From Hyphochytrium catenoides (Eukaryota > Protista > Hyphochytriomycota), in the NCBI GenBank assembly GCA_900088475.1, contig FLMG01000572.1, forward strand, positions 1 to 50,453: DNA of 50,453 nt. Reading direction: 5' to 3'. The notes beneath the pieces were generated by a model. It was not told the origin of the DNA. It made no database searches and was given only the letters and a program-made list of their open reading frames with translations. Of the stretch, positions 35,901 through 48,491 are shown piece by piece; within the stretch, counting starts at the first letter, position 1, and the number at the start of each line of letters is the position of its first letter. The position numbers and the translations under genes are program-made.

Positions 35901-38451
35901 AGAAAGGACAAATTTTGCTTCCCGCACCATAAACTGTCTCTTCTTCCCCCTGTCCTGGCCTTTCAATGGTGCTCATATTCTCTTCCTTGTCTTACCTCCT
36001 CCTCTTCTCTCTTCTTGCTCGACTTTTCTACCTGGCTCTCTCGTTCCCATGGGATCCTAATGCACGGTTTTGCGATTGTTGGTTCATTGTCCTCCATTAG
36101 CTCTAAGAACTATCTCCTCGTCGGCGCACTGTTGCTCATCTCTCCTGCGCCCAGTTTGGTTTTTCTTCTTGCTTGATGCTTGTAGGATGACATGACCACC
36201 ACCATCCATGGATAGAAGAGACCATAATAGCGTTCTTACGGCTGATGTGCAGTCCAGTCAATGAATGGCAAACAGACACACCGCCGCGTTCTTTTTGGAC
36301 CAGCGAGATGAGGAGAGGGCCGGCGATGGGAAAGCGCAAAGACCTTGGCTAGACAGTGCAAGATCTCCTCGGACCTCCTTATAAGGACCATTGCTAGGGC
36401 TTATATAAGCTCTTATATATGTATATCTCCTGGTCCAGGAAGTAGAGGTGAAAGAGAAGACAAGCTTCCCCCGCCTTTTTTATGTCACTTCGAAGGTTTT
36501 GGCGGGAAAACTGAACTCAAAGAGAATCATCGGTAAAATCCAGATGATGATCTCTCTAAGGGAATGCTGGGATGCGATCTCTCGTGCTCTGTCTCGAAAT
36601 TGAAAGTCTCTCACTTTTGTGAGACAGACGGTGCTATGGCTTTCCGTCTCTCTGTCTCTCACTTGTGTCTTTAATCCTCCTCTGTCTGTCCTACTTTTTG
36701 AAGTCTAATGTCTCTTTCCAGAAGCTTCAAAAGGCATCTTTCCAGCGATTTCCTCTTTGCTCGCGAAGACCTCAAGTCAGCTGAGGGCGAACCTCCGAGC
36801 GGATGACGCGAGGCGCAGTGTGCTAGTCAATCATCTTGCCCTACCTGTGCAAGCCAATGAGAAGGGAAGCACGTCGAGGATCTTGCTGAAGCTGGGTTGC
36901 GAGAGCTGGAAGGGCGTGCGAACCATTAGTAGCAGAGAAGTGATGGCGTCCACCTCGGCAAAAGAGAGGGGGTTCAAGAGGGTAAATATAATACGATCTG
37001 ATGAGCGTTGCACTCTGCTCTTTCTGATAGTTGCTTGTCTATAATCTTGCTAAAATAGAGCTTGCGTCTTCGTCTCCCACGCGCCCTTCTCTTCTTTGTC
37101 CCGTATGCACTTCGTCATCGCGCTTTACATGCTGTTTGTTCACTGCTGCTCTAGAAAACGATTGAAAAGTATGTCAAGCACGTCTGGGCTCGTGAAGATG
37201 CCCTTTCATCCTCTCTTTCTGTCTCGTCGGTCACCAAGATAAATAATGAAGCGATTGCCTTATTGTCTGAGTACTTGCACGCTTTTATTCTTGGTAAGTA
37301 TTGGTGCGAAAGTGTGAGCGTATATATAGGGCAATCATTGGGTAACAGCAAGCAAAAGCGCTGAGCACCACGCTCCCTGGCGGCGCCCCTCCGCCCGCTT
37401 CCCCCCGACAAAGAAGAGAGAGTCAATGAGAGAGGACGAAGGGAGGCACCGATAGGTAGCGGGGTCAGTTATACTGTATGCTAATGTTGCCTTTCCCCCC
37501 CAACTAGAAGCGTATATGAGAGCAGGTCAGGAAGCAGACATAGACCGTAGCGTCGTGATAGAACCCTGCCACATTGAGCAAGTTCTCCCTCAGCTCCTTC
37601 TGGATTTTTGAAGGTTGCACACTAGGGAGACAGGGGTGGGTTAAGGCAGAGCGAAGGAGTGGGAGAGGGTGGCAGGATCCGATCCTGGAGATGTAACAAG
37701 GCAGCAGCATGTCCCTGTATCCCTTTGATAGCAAACATGTTTTACGATGTATCTATACCAATGTGTAAAAGGCATATTCCTCTCTTATCACAAGTAACTA
37801 TAAACGCAGACTACCTGCAAGCTCTCGTAGCCATCCAGCAGCATTTTAAGGCGCGTGCTAGCCCTTTGAGAAAAGTATGACTCCTGGGAGCAAGCAAGAA
37901 GAAGATTGAGAGATAATTGTAAACTGCCCTCTCCCTTCACGTCTCGCTAGAACTTGTTCATGGAAAGTTTGTCCCCTTACTAGGAAAGCCAACACAACTC
38001 CCGAAGAGAGGTTGTTCAAAGAATATGATGCAGATGCAATGGAAACGACAGATGGTATGCAGACCTGTAGGCCACATACTAATGTAATGAAGTGAATATA
38101 CATATTATTATATAGTCATATACATAGTCCAGCCTGATTTCTGGCAGAAGAGTCAAAGACATTGTCCACTGACAAAAGAGTGGAAGACTTGATATGTCGT
38201 AGGGCCGAAAGCCTACAGATGAATGGGCAGACTACAGAGAGGAAGAGAGAATAGGGGAGTTCGGTCCATGTAGTGTACATGCAGATATGCAGATATATAG
38301 AGGGCTAATGAGAGCCTGGATATGGAAACGACACAACGTGCTAGTGCTTCTTCATAGCTCCTCGGTCAGACTTTCTCTGGCCGTGGGAGTGCGAGCACCA
38401 AAGGAAGAGATCTCACGAGAAAGTGAAAGGACACACCGTGAGCTTCTGAAC

Positions 38452-39330
38452 CTATCGAGAGCTTTTGAGTCGTTCTTGAGCGGCTTTTCGAAAGGCTGCT
38501 AGGGACGAAGAGACTTCATTCGACGACATATCGTCTAGGAGAGGCATAGGCCTGCGGATGCAGTCTGTGGCTAAGATAGGAGGGGTTGTTCTCCCTCTTT
38601 TGTTTATGCTGGGAGCCACTCTCTCTTTGACAGCTCCCACAGCGAGCGGAGAGCATGGAGGAAGTAGGTCGTGCCCTGGTCGCTGTTTCTTAGCTTCTTG
38701 TCGAAGAATATCCTTCTCTGGTGTCACGTTGCAACTGACGGCTCGTAAAGGGGAGAGAGAAGAAGACATAGCTCTTAGATGCATTTGTTGCTGGTCGTCA
38801 AAAGTGGATCTTTCTTCTATAGACTGATGGGGTATGTCCCGTAGGGAACCATTTATGCCTAGGACCATAGGGGAGAGACTGGGTGCGGACTCCCGAGAGA
38901 GAAGTCTAGTCCTGATGTCTTTCTCTCTTTTCCGTTTGCAAGGGACCAGCCCCGGAATGCCTTCCTTCCGAAGCTCTGTACAGCTATGTGATCGAACAAT
39001 CATCTCCTGCTCTGCTGCGTAAAGAGAAGAAAAGATCACTTTGCTGGCTTCGTCCTGACTACGACCTGATATTTGCGATGGTACGTCCAGCGCTCTCGAT
39101 GGCCTCGAGACACTTAGCATCGGAGACTTTGTACTTTTGATCGCTCTGTCAAAGTGGTGAAGCTCGTCCAATACCACTAAGGCACTGTGGAGAGAGAAGG
39201 CCCGGTGGAGGTGATGGTGGCCACTGTGTGAGAATGGGAAGGATAAGGAGACAGAACTAGCTCTTGAAAAATAGGTTGGAGTCTGCGCAGCTTTGAGTCC
39301 TGCACTTCTTATTTTACTCTGCTCCTGTGC
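38452..39330 (-). CDS. Hypothetical low-complexity/disordered protein, large exon of an unidentified gene
   Basis: Part of a 316-codon stop-free frame, S/P/R-rich, downstream of a CT-rich (minus-strand) leader at 39.7-39.8 kb. No family recognised and exon boundaries are uncertain. Confidence 0.4.
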   Translation of the reverse strand, partial: AQEQSKIRSAGLKAAQTPTYFSRASSVSLSFPFSHSGHHHLHRAFSLHSALVVLDELHHFDRAIKSTKSPMLSVSRPSRALDVPSQISGRSQDEASKVIFSSLYAAEQEMIVRSHSCTELRKEGIPGLVPCKRKREKDIRTRLLSRESAPSLSPMVLGINGSLRDIPHQSIEERSTFDDQQQMHLRAMSSSLSPLRAVSCNVTPEKDILRQEAKKQRPGHDLLPPCSPLAVGAVKERVAPSINKRGRTTPPILATDCIRRPMPLLDDMSSNEVSSSLAAFRKAAQERLKSSR

Positions 39331-39680
39331 TCGTTGCTGTTCAAAACAAAGCAGAAGTCGAGCAGTGAGAAGGGACAATCCTCCTAATGGTCGTCCACAC
39401 ACTGCAGTGTCCTAGGTCAATGGCACGAGGAGTCCGCTGTCCCTCTGTAGCATCGATTAACGGCAGTGGGTTGCAGTGTCAGACAACAAAGGTAAGTGTC
39501 ACTGCTTCTGACAGCCGCCGCTGGCTGGATGATCGACCATACCTTTGGAGACTCACACGCTCCTAGATTCACCAGCCCAAAGCCTGCAACTGATGGTACA
39601 ACGGAGAGAGCCAAAACGAAGCGGGAAGAAGGAAGAGCCAGCAAGCGAGGGAAAAGCCCCTTGCCTACTTCGTAATACGG

Positions 39681-39840
39681 GGAGAGGGAGGGAGAGAGAG
39701 GGAGGGCGAGAGAGGGAGAGGGAGAGGGAGGGAGGGAGAGAGAGAGAGGGAAAGAGAGAGAGAGAGGAGAGAAAGAGAGAGAGAGAGAAGAGAGAGAAAG
39801 AGAGGAGAGAGAGAGAGAAAGAGAGAAGAGAGACGGAGGA
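39681..39840. repeat. GA-rich microsatellite
   Basis: A near-pure G/A tract. Confidence 0.9.
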
Positions 39841-40530
39841 GCTGAGGGAGAACTTTCCCCAGCTTTCCCCACAATTTTGATGGAAATATCTCCCACCCGC
39901 CCCTTGTTTGGGTACACGTATCACAATTCGGACAGTTTTGGATGTTGCCCACCCACTCTTATGGACTTGTAGCTCTATACTCATAAAAACTTGTTGCCCA
40001 GAAAGGCCCACACACCCTCTGATAAAGGGACACCTATCTCTTGGTTAACTCTGTCTTTCTCTTTTTTCTGGCCAAATCATGTTCACAACTTATCTAGCGC
40101 TTATTCTCTTTCGATGTCTTTTTCATTAGGCTTGGTCTCTTGTCTCTCAGGTTGGTCTTGAAGATCGTTTAGTTATCATCATCGATCTTCAAGCAACAAT
40201 GATCCCTTATGAAGCCTGTCTTCCTTCTGCCTTCTGCCTGTTATATTGTTCCATCATCATCTTCTTCCTCCTGCTGGCGCTGATAATGATAATGCTGTGA
40301 AAGAAGATAGAACTCCTAGGAAAGAAGTAGAGATCACGCATCGAAGGAGGAGGGCTGGGCGTCGTTATTTGTTGGGGATACCGTGCTACTACTACAAGTA
40401 CCTCTACTACTGCTCAACAAGAAGAAGTAGGACTACAGGTACCATTATTCGTAACCTTGGTCATGGTACGGACGAACGAAGAAGAGAGAGCAATGTTGCT
40501 GGTGTCCAACTTATATAACCAGGTGGTGCT

Positions 40531-40757
40531 TTCTACCTAAATCTACCTGTACATACGGAGACGAAGGATTATTATCATCTATATGAAATAAAGCACCACC
40601 TTCGTCTCCGTATGTACAGGTCCAACCAGGTGGTACTTATATAATACGATAATAAGTCTCCGTCCACAATAAATAGCTCTGTTTCATATAGAATTTTGGT
40701 CTCAAGTCTTCTACCTAATTCTACCTGTACATACGGAGACGAAGGATTATTATCATC
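40531..40757. repeat. Direct plus inverted repeat cluster (49-bp direct repeat enclosing an inverted 23-bp copy)
   Basis: 40531-40579 matches 40709-40757 with 1 mismatch. 40599-40621 is the exact reverse complement of 40545-40567 and of 40723-40745. Confidence 0.9.
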
Positions 40758-43572
40758 ATCGAAAGGACGCGGCATTTTTCTTTTATTATATTGTAGTGGA
40801 ACACGCTCAGTCAGATGTGGCTCCTCCTTTGTAGACTGTCTCAATGAATTCCTTGAGAGAAGACGATGCTTCGTCGTCAAGAATAATCTAGAGGGGAGCT
40901 TGTTGGTAGTTCTTCTTCAGAGTGACTACAAGAGGCTCCGGGGGAAAGGATAGGGCAACAACAACGGAAGAGAAGAGCAGGAGATGAAGCAGAAGAGTGT
41001 CCAACCAAAGCAGCAACAGTAGTCGGTCACTGGGTTTCCTCTACGAGACGGTAGTAGTTCTAGTTAGTAGTCTACTGGGTTGAGGACATGTCTTGAGGAG
41101 ATGGGTGGAGGACCCTTCAACACCCCGCTTACTTTCCGTCGTGGATGAGGTCACAATACCACCCCCACTTACCCTTATTGCAACAGCCAAGAGGCTAAAG
41201 GCCTCCTTTAGATGTTGATGAAGCGTTTATAATAGAGTGAAAGGACTGGAAGAAGGGCGAAAGAGTCGTACCATTGTTCTCAGAAGCCGGGAACGAAAGG
41301 CCTTAATTAGAACAACTGTAATGTCGAAACTTCAACAGAGAAGCCTCCAATCTCCAATCTGCAGTTTGAATTTCAATTCAAACTCGAAATGTTCCATTGT
41401 GAAGTATTCAAAGACATAGTAAATCTGTTAAAACTCTGAAAGCTTCAGCCACTGAAAGCTTCCCGTCGGTTACTGTCTTCGGAACGAGGTTCTTTCTTGT
41501 CTGGCAATGTCCTGAAGAGTCGCCATGCCCTTGCACCCATCAAAAGCACTTGTCAGGCTCACTCCTATGCCAAGTTCAGCTACATCCTCCTAAACCTTCC
41601 CCTCTTTTCTTACGGAGTAGGTGCTTGAGATTGTGGCAACTTGTGCTGGGTGGAGGAATGGGCTTGGCCATTGGAGAGAGGCGGATTCGCTTTGTTCAAT
41701 ATGCCAGCAGCCGCCTCTCTCACTCATCTCTCAATTGCACTTGCAAGCGGCGTTTTGGTACATAAATTATTAAGTCTTATAAGGACCATGTGGAAGAGGG
41801 CACTTATTATCTTACTATGATAACGGGTGAGGGACTGTAGCTGGAAAGGTATGCACGGCAGGTAGAGGAGGGAACTAATATGAATGGAGTAGTGGGAGAA
41901 GCCTGATGGCATGGGTTCCCACAAGGACCCTTTAAGCAATATCCTCCCTCCACCCCCGTTCAACCAGATGGCAGCAGGACCTACCCACCCCAGCTGAACC
42001 TTTCGCCTAATCAGCCATCTGTGACCAGGCTCTGTTAAGGACCGTTAGAAGCAAGAGAGACAAGATAATGAGGAGAGAGAGCCCAGAACCCGTCCCTTCA
42101 TCTCCTCTTCCTTTATCCACTATCATGTCTACCTCTTGGTCCGCTCGTGCAGCAGAACAGCAAGCTTCCTGCCCCTCTGCCTCCCTCAGTAAACAAAAAA
42201 AGGGCATGTGCAGCTCTGACGGCAAGTATGGAGAGGAAGCATAGCAGTAGGCGGAGTGGATGGGCGAACGTCGATAAGAAAGTAATGCAAGCTGCCCTCT
42301 TTCATCTACTTAGATGTCACTGTTCAACCCTGATTTTCTTCGTTGCGAATGTGACTGTTCTGTCTTCTCTCAAGATTTCACTGAGACGACGAAACACGTT
42401 ACTTCATAGTATAGCATAAGGTGCAGGTAATGATGGCATTGGAGGTTGGAGGTAACGGCAGAAACCAGAGATAGGGATCTTCCCTCCTGCTTCCAAGTTC
42501 TAGGTACCGCTGACTTGCCTATCTAATAAGGTTGACGTGGATTTAAGGGACCCTACGTACGTAAGAGCACAGTATCCCTTATTAGTCCTTCAAGTTGCCT
42601 TTGCCTGCATTGCCAGGACTCCAATAAAAGGAGGAGACATGACTTATGTGTCGTCAGCCTTTTGTACACGCAAGTCAACCTGGCCAAACGGGCCCCTCTT
42701 CGAGTTCTGCATCACACTTAAGACGTTTTCATGGGGAGGATGAAAAGGCGACCCTTCATTCCTTTCACTATGACACTACAGGACATCTGCAGTTCTACAT
42801 TAGTGTCGCCGGTTTGTCTGCTGATCTTTCGCCTGTCTAAAAGTCCCCATCGGCCAGGCCAATTGACGAGCTTTCTTCCACTCGTACTGTAGTTCTATAT
42901 TAGGGGAAAGATCATTGGCACGTGCCGCTGACTTCCCACCGCCAGGCCGCCCCGCACGGGGATCACCAGAAAACTGACAGGAAGTTTGACGACCGCCAGT
43001 GCACTTTCCATTGGTGTCCCACCCAAACCGCTTGGCTAACCTCTTCTTCATCTTGACCACCCCTTTTATCATGTCAGGCTTCACAGCATGTTACTACAGA
43101 AGGATTATGCAGAGACCGGCTGTTATCTTCTGACCCGAGCAATCCTTAGAGCTGCCAGATGCTTGTAGTAAAAAGCAGACAGAGAGGCTTTTATCGTCAA
43201 ATATAAAAGCAAAATAGACAGCTCGCTGTCAGCTATTCGCTAATAGTCTACGGTAGAGAAGAAAGAAAGAAGCAACCAAGCAGGCAGAAAGAAGAAAAAC
43301 CGGAACTTGTTGCATTTTAAATTTGCCAATAACATGTCCAACTTGTGAACTATTACTTGGGCGCTTTAACCCTCTTCGAGTCGTCTGGCCTAATCAACAA
43401 AGAGAACGCTCACTTTTCTCTTCTGATCTGAATGATGGTCCCCTTTCCTCGCTATTCTTATCGCTCTCACTCTTGTCTCTTCCTGTCTAGCAGCAAGTCA
43501 CATCTAGAATGTTGCTTGCCATTTGATTGCCTTAGCTTCTCCTACCCAATTGCCGATCTCTTCTATTTCAGC

Positions 43573-46500
43573 CTACTCCATCTTCATCATCTCCTCTAGT
43601 TTCTCCAAATCATCAGCTGGCGCCTCAATGATCACCCGCTGGTAGTAGCTCTCAATTGCCGCCAAGAGCCTCTTTGATTGGTCATCGTGGACGAGGTTGA
43701 TAGCCACGCCCTTGCGTCCAAATCTGCCTGTACGGCCGATACGATGTAGGTAATTCTCGTAATCCTGAGAGAAATTTCATGCACACAAATGTGAGAAACG
43801 AAAGAGGCACAGTTAGCTCTCATGAAGCAAAAAGACAGATGGGAGATACGTCACTCAAGGTCGGGAGAGACCTGTGGAGAAAACGATAGAGCTAGAAGGA
43901 AGCTAGGTAGAAGAGGACGTGAGAAGGCTGGAGCTGCAACCGAGGAATCCTTTTTGAAAGTGAGGCGAGGAAAGATACATTGAGACAATAATGGAAGTTT
44001 CATGCCGCAGCGAGGGAACAGAGAGGCGGCGGGGAGGAATGAAGTGAGAGAAGCCAGCTTGATCTACCACTATAAAGAAGGCAGGACTGTAAAAGGAGAG
44101 TGCAGCTAATGAGGTAGAAATAATTTGCTTTTGGCCCTTACCGGCTGTCCATCCACCGTGGCAGGGATGTCATAGTTGACCACCATAGAGACGCCAAGCA
44201 CATCAATACCTCGGGCCAGTACATTTGTAGTAATAAGAACTTTGGTGGTTCCTCTCCTGTACTCATCCATCACTTTGTCTCTTACGCTCTTGTCCATGTC
44301 TCCGCCGTGAATGATGCCCACAGAGTGACCGGCTTCACGCATCTTCTTGGTAAGCATCTTGCAGGTCTCACGAGTCTTCAATCGAATGTTGCAACAAAAG
44401 CGGAAGAAAGCGAGATGAGACCGAGAAAGTAGAGAGAGAGAGAGAAATGGGAACCAAGGGACCTCAGAAGTACCCTCGTCCTCATGGTACTTTTATATCA
44501 CACCATCCATAGCCTTCATGACAGCTACTAGAGACTATCTATGCTTTCTTTTGGCTTGATCCACTCCTTACCTGGACAAAGATGACGCTCTTTCCCATAT
44601 CTACAAGAGAGTAGAGGTCTGAAAGAACGCGAAACTTGTCTGGCACACCATTGCAGTCTATCCAAAACTGTCTGATGCCATCCAGCGTAAGTTGCTCCTT
44701 CTTCACCTAAAGGAGTAGTCAAAGTGGGTAAACATAGCAGATGTGAGCTTATAAGAAGGATGCCAACCAGAAAAGGACGAGGGGTGCGAGCGAGCATCGA
44801 GGGGTCTCAGAAGTCAGCTCGAGTTCTCAAAGCTAAGGAGGAAAAGACACTTGTCAAAAAGACTGACGAAGAAGATAAGGGCCAAATGGTGTTAGAGAGG
44901 GATAAGTTGGTACGAGAAGTGAAGCACTAACAGTGATAATATTGTGGTTTGGAACAATCCTGACTGCAAAGTCCCTGACTTCGTCCGCGTAAGTAGCCGA
45001 AAACAGCAATATCTGAACCTTAGGGTTCGCCCGCTCTAGCGCTCTGCATAAAAAGATAAGACACGAAGAAAACCAAAAGTTAGCTCCAGCATTATTGAAA
45101 GGTTTAGTGAGAGGAATTTAATGAAGCTATTGACAAAGCACCACTCTGGCGCAGTGTCCTTGTGGGGCAGTTTTAGGTTAATAGCCAATGTTAGTGAGCA
45201 TGACTGAGGGAGATGTCTTCTTACTTTTTGATAAACATTGAGCGATCGCGGTGTCCGCCCTCCTTCACCATCTCGTCTGCCTCATCCAGGACAAAGATCT
45301 AAAAGGCAACGGTTAGCTCTACGTGGCATCTTTTTCCTTCAGCACGTCAGGGGAAAAAATGGAAGAGGCGAGGACACATTTCTGCAAAGAAGCAATTGGC
45401 AGAATAATCACAATCAGCTTTAGGGCAGGTCCATGATGGTGACAATCATCAAGGGATTCCCCTCGCAAACCCAAACACTAAAATAACAAATAGTCCTCCT
45501 GCGCTGGTGACAGAGCTACACTGGCAGGCAACAACCTATTAGGTTTGCAAACGGCAGAGGCCGAAGAAGAAGCGGCCTCGATCGAGAGGGAGGAGAGGGC
45601 TTGAAAATGATTTGAGAGGAATGTAGTAAGGCTTAGCTATAACCTTCACAGTCTTGCAGTCAAGGAACTTCTTTTTGATCAAGAATTCCACTTTGCCTGG
45701 TGTTCCTACTACAATTTGGTCCGACACTTTCTGGCCAACAGGGACATCATTGCCAGGAATAGCAAGAAATGTCGTGATCCCTATCAAACGCAGTTGTTGA
45801 AAATTGATAGTGCACGAATGAGAATAAGTGAGAAGCATAGTAGGGGCCGTACTTCTAACTCAGGTAAATAGCAACTAATGAAAGTCCTTAAACTCTACCA
45901 TGCCAAGGGAGAGGCAAGAGGACGCACGAATTGGGAGTAGGTTCGAAAGCCAACATGCCGGCTAAATATTGACACAAACAAGCACTTGTCAATGCGTACC
46001 TGTAAACTTCCCCATAACTCTCACGACGCCGTCAATTTGCCTAACTAGCTCTCTGGTTGGACCCACGCAAAGCGCCTGGGGAGCTCGCATGGCCACATCC
46101 ACCCGGTGCAGCATTCCCAAGGCAAAAGTTGCAGTCTTTCCACTGCCACTCTGCGCTTGACCGATAAGGTTCTGAGGAGGGCTGCCAATAAGCGCCGAGC
46201 CCAAGAGAAGGACCGGAAGAAAGGAGGTTTACCGGTTGGCAGCAAAGGGCAAGGAATCAGCGGTCCGTAAGTGTAAAGCCTTTGCAGAAAGCTGACAGAA
46301 TGAAGGGGAATGAAAGTGTCCAGCACATCAGATAGGGAAACCAGGCTGAGGAAAGCTTAGTCAAGGTCTTTAGACTCGATCGAAGATTCGCAAAGGGACG
46401 GCTTAGAGGGCTGAGTCAAAGCGGGATATGTCGACCGCCGAGTCGCTGTCAGACGAAATATGGCAAAGGAAGAAGAGAGCGCTCACGGACAGAGCATATC

Positions 46501-47645
46501 ATGAGAGAAGGGTCTTTGATCATACTCAGATAAAATAATTGGCAGAGCCACCGACTGGATTCTTGAGGGACGGGAGAACTTCATGGCATATATTCCTTGC
46601 AGTAGTGTCTCTTCGCTGTAAACAAGGATTGAATTAGCAACACCTAGAACGAAGGCACCCAAGCAGCCCTTATGCAACAAAAAGGGGAAAGAGTTAGGAG
46701 AGACGCCATGCTTTGTAACCATCAAACTAGCGACTGAGGTTGACAGAAGAATGGCCAGTACAGAGGAATGACGTGAGACCATGACCTACAGGCCTAGATC
46801 TTCAAATGTCGTTGCTGCATATAAAGGCGATGTCGGGTCATTTTGCAGGACCTGTAGGGATAGAAGCACTAAGAAACTCACGACTCCGAAACATCACAGA
46901 CACCCATGAATGAGATCAAAATAGCGAAGAGGAAGCAAGAAGAGCAAATATAGAAGACAGTTTGTGGACCAATGTGCAACACCAAGAGCGGAGGTGGCTT
47001 CCAAGAGGCGCGCAGTTGAAAGCATTGAACACCCCCGAAGATGCTTCACGGTAGCCCAGTAGGAGTATCCACTCATTCGAGCAGCAACTTAGCCAAAAGA
47101 GTGGACAGAAAAAAACGTCTATAGGCATTTCTTGTTCTCTTCTAACAGGTACTTACATCCAACTCTGCCTTATAGTCATTTTCATCAAGCCCTTGGCCCA
47201 GAGCAAGTAGTTCCTCGATGCTTACTTCTTTCTCGCCTGCGTTCGCGTGCAAAGCCACAAGGATCGTCAGAAAATGTTAGTGCTAGACTCTGTGAAGAGG
47301 GCTTGAAGGCAACATATCGCATATAAGATTCCTCGGGGAGAACAGAGACAAGAACACAGCTGAGCAGGAAAGCAGCAGGATTACCTTCATCTTCATTCTC
47401 CCTAGTAGAAGGCTCATCAGTACTATCTTGGACGGCATCGGGATTATCAGGAACAGCGTCCGGGTCAACAACCGCGACCTACGTGTTCAGCAGTGCAGGA
47501 GGTCTCTCTTTACATGCTTCCGTCAAGCTCAACCCTATCTGCTTGAAACAGTCTCTGCCCTAACCACCTTCAACCCCTATCCCCTTCTTGTCCTACAACT
47601 AAGTACCTGCTCTTCTTGGACTTCTGCCTTGTTATCGTCTGCCAT
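43573..47645 (-). CDS. DDX19: DEAD-box mRNA export helicase DDX19/Dbp5 (12 exons)
   Basis: [83 protein letters not shown] and [18 protein letters not shown] at 47645, TAG at 43575-43573. Confidence 0.95.
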
Positions 47646-48491
47646 GATACGTGGAAGGACTCAACGGAGCAAGACAAAAGGACAACGGTAGAACGCTTGG
47701 TTGTCCTTTGCGATAGCCACGAAGCTCTCGTCTCACCAACTAGCAGGCGCCGCGGTAAGGTGGATAAAGCGAGATGTTCTAAGATAGAATGAGAAGTCTC
47801 GGCATGAGTTGAGGCAGTGGGAGAGCTCCAAAACAATCACTCCTCCTCTAATAAAAGCTTCAGAAAGCTTTGTCTGTCATCAGTTTCTGCGGAATTGGGG
47901 ATCAGATTTTTGTTGTTGGGAGGGAAGCCGATCCAGCCTCTGGGGGAGGTCACGAGCTGCATTGACCTCATACAGTAATCAATCCCTTCTGATAGCTGAT
48001 TATCAAATGATTATATTGGCTAAGACAAAAGGAGCAGAATCCGTCAGAGCAGTACAACTGTACCATGATACTACACAACCAAACAATCCTTTTTCCGGTG
48101 GCCAGGAATCTGGCTGGTATTTTTCAGGCTCGAATGTTTCCAGTTTGTCTTTATCATGCTAGAGGCTTAGTTAGCACAACCTTCTCAGTAATAAGCCCCA
48201 ACTACTATTTGTTTCCATAGCGATTGGCTCTCCTTAGGGCGTAGTAAGAAGCAGTCTCCACTCTTCCGCATGGATGGCGGCAAAGCGGCGCCAACCAAGT
48301 GCTGGTGGAAGGAAGCGCTGCGAGACAGATTAACGCCAAAGTAAGCGAATCGAAGAACGAGATACGGGAGCAAGTACTGAAGGCAAAGTGAAGCTCGCTT
48401 ATCGGCTTTCCAAACTCTCTTTGGTTCTCATCAGACTCATCTCTCAATAGAGGAACTCTATCCGAGAGAAATCAACTCATCAGCTTCAGCC

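Noticed and set aside
36378-36391. 14-mer CTTATAAGGACCAT shared with 41776-41789
   Set aside because: A few 14-mer matches are expected by chance in 50 kb, and the flanks do not align.
42800-43084. 94-aa minus-strand ORF and an overlapping plus-strand FHWCPT peptide vaguely like retroelement RNase H
   Set aside because: Too short, with no other supporting motifs.
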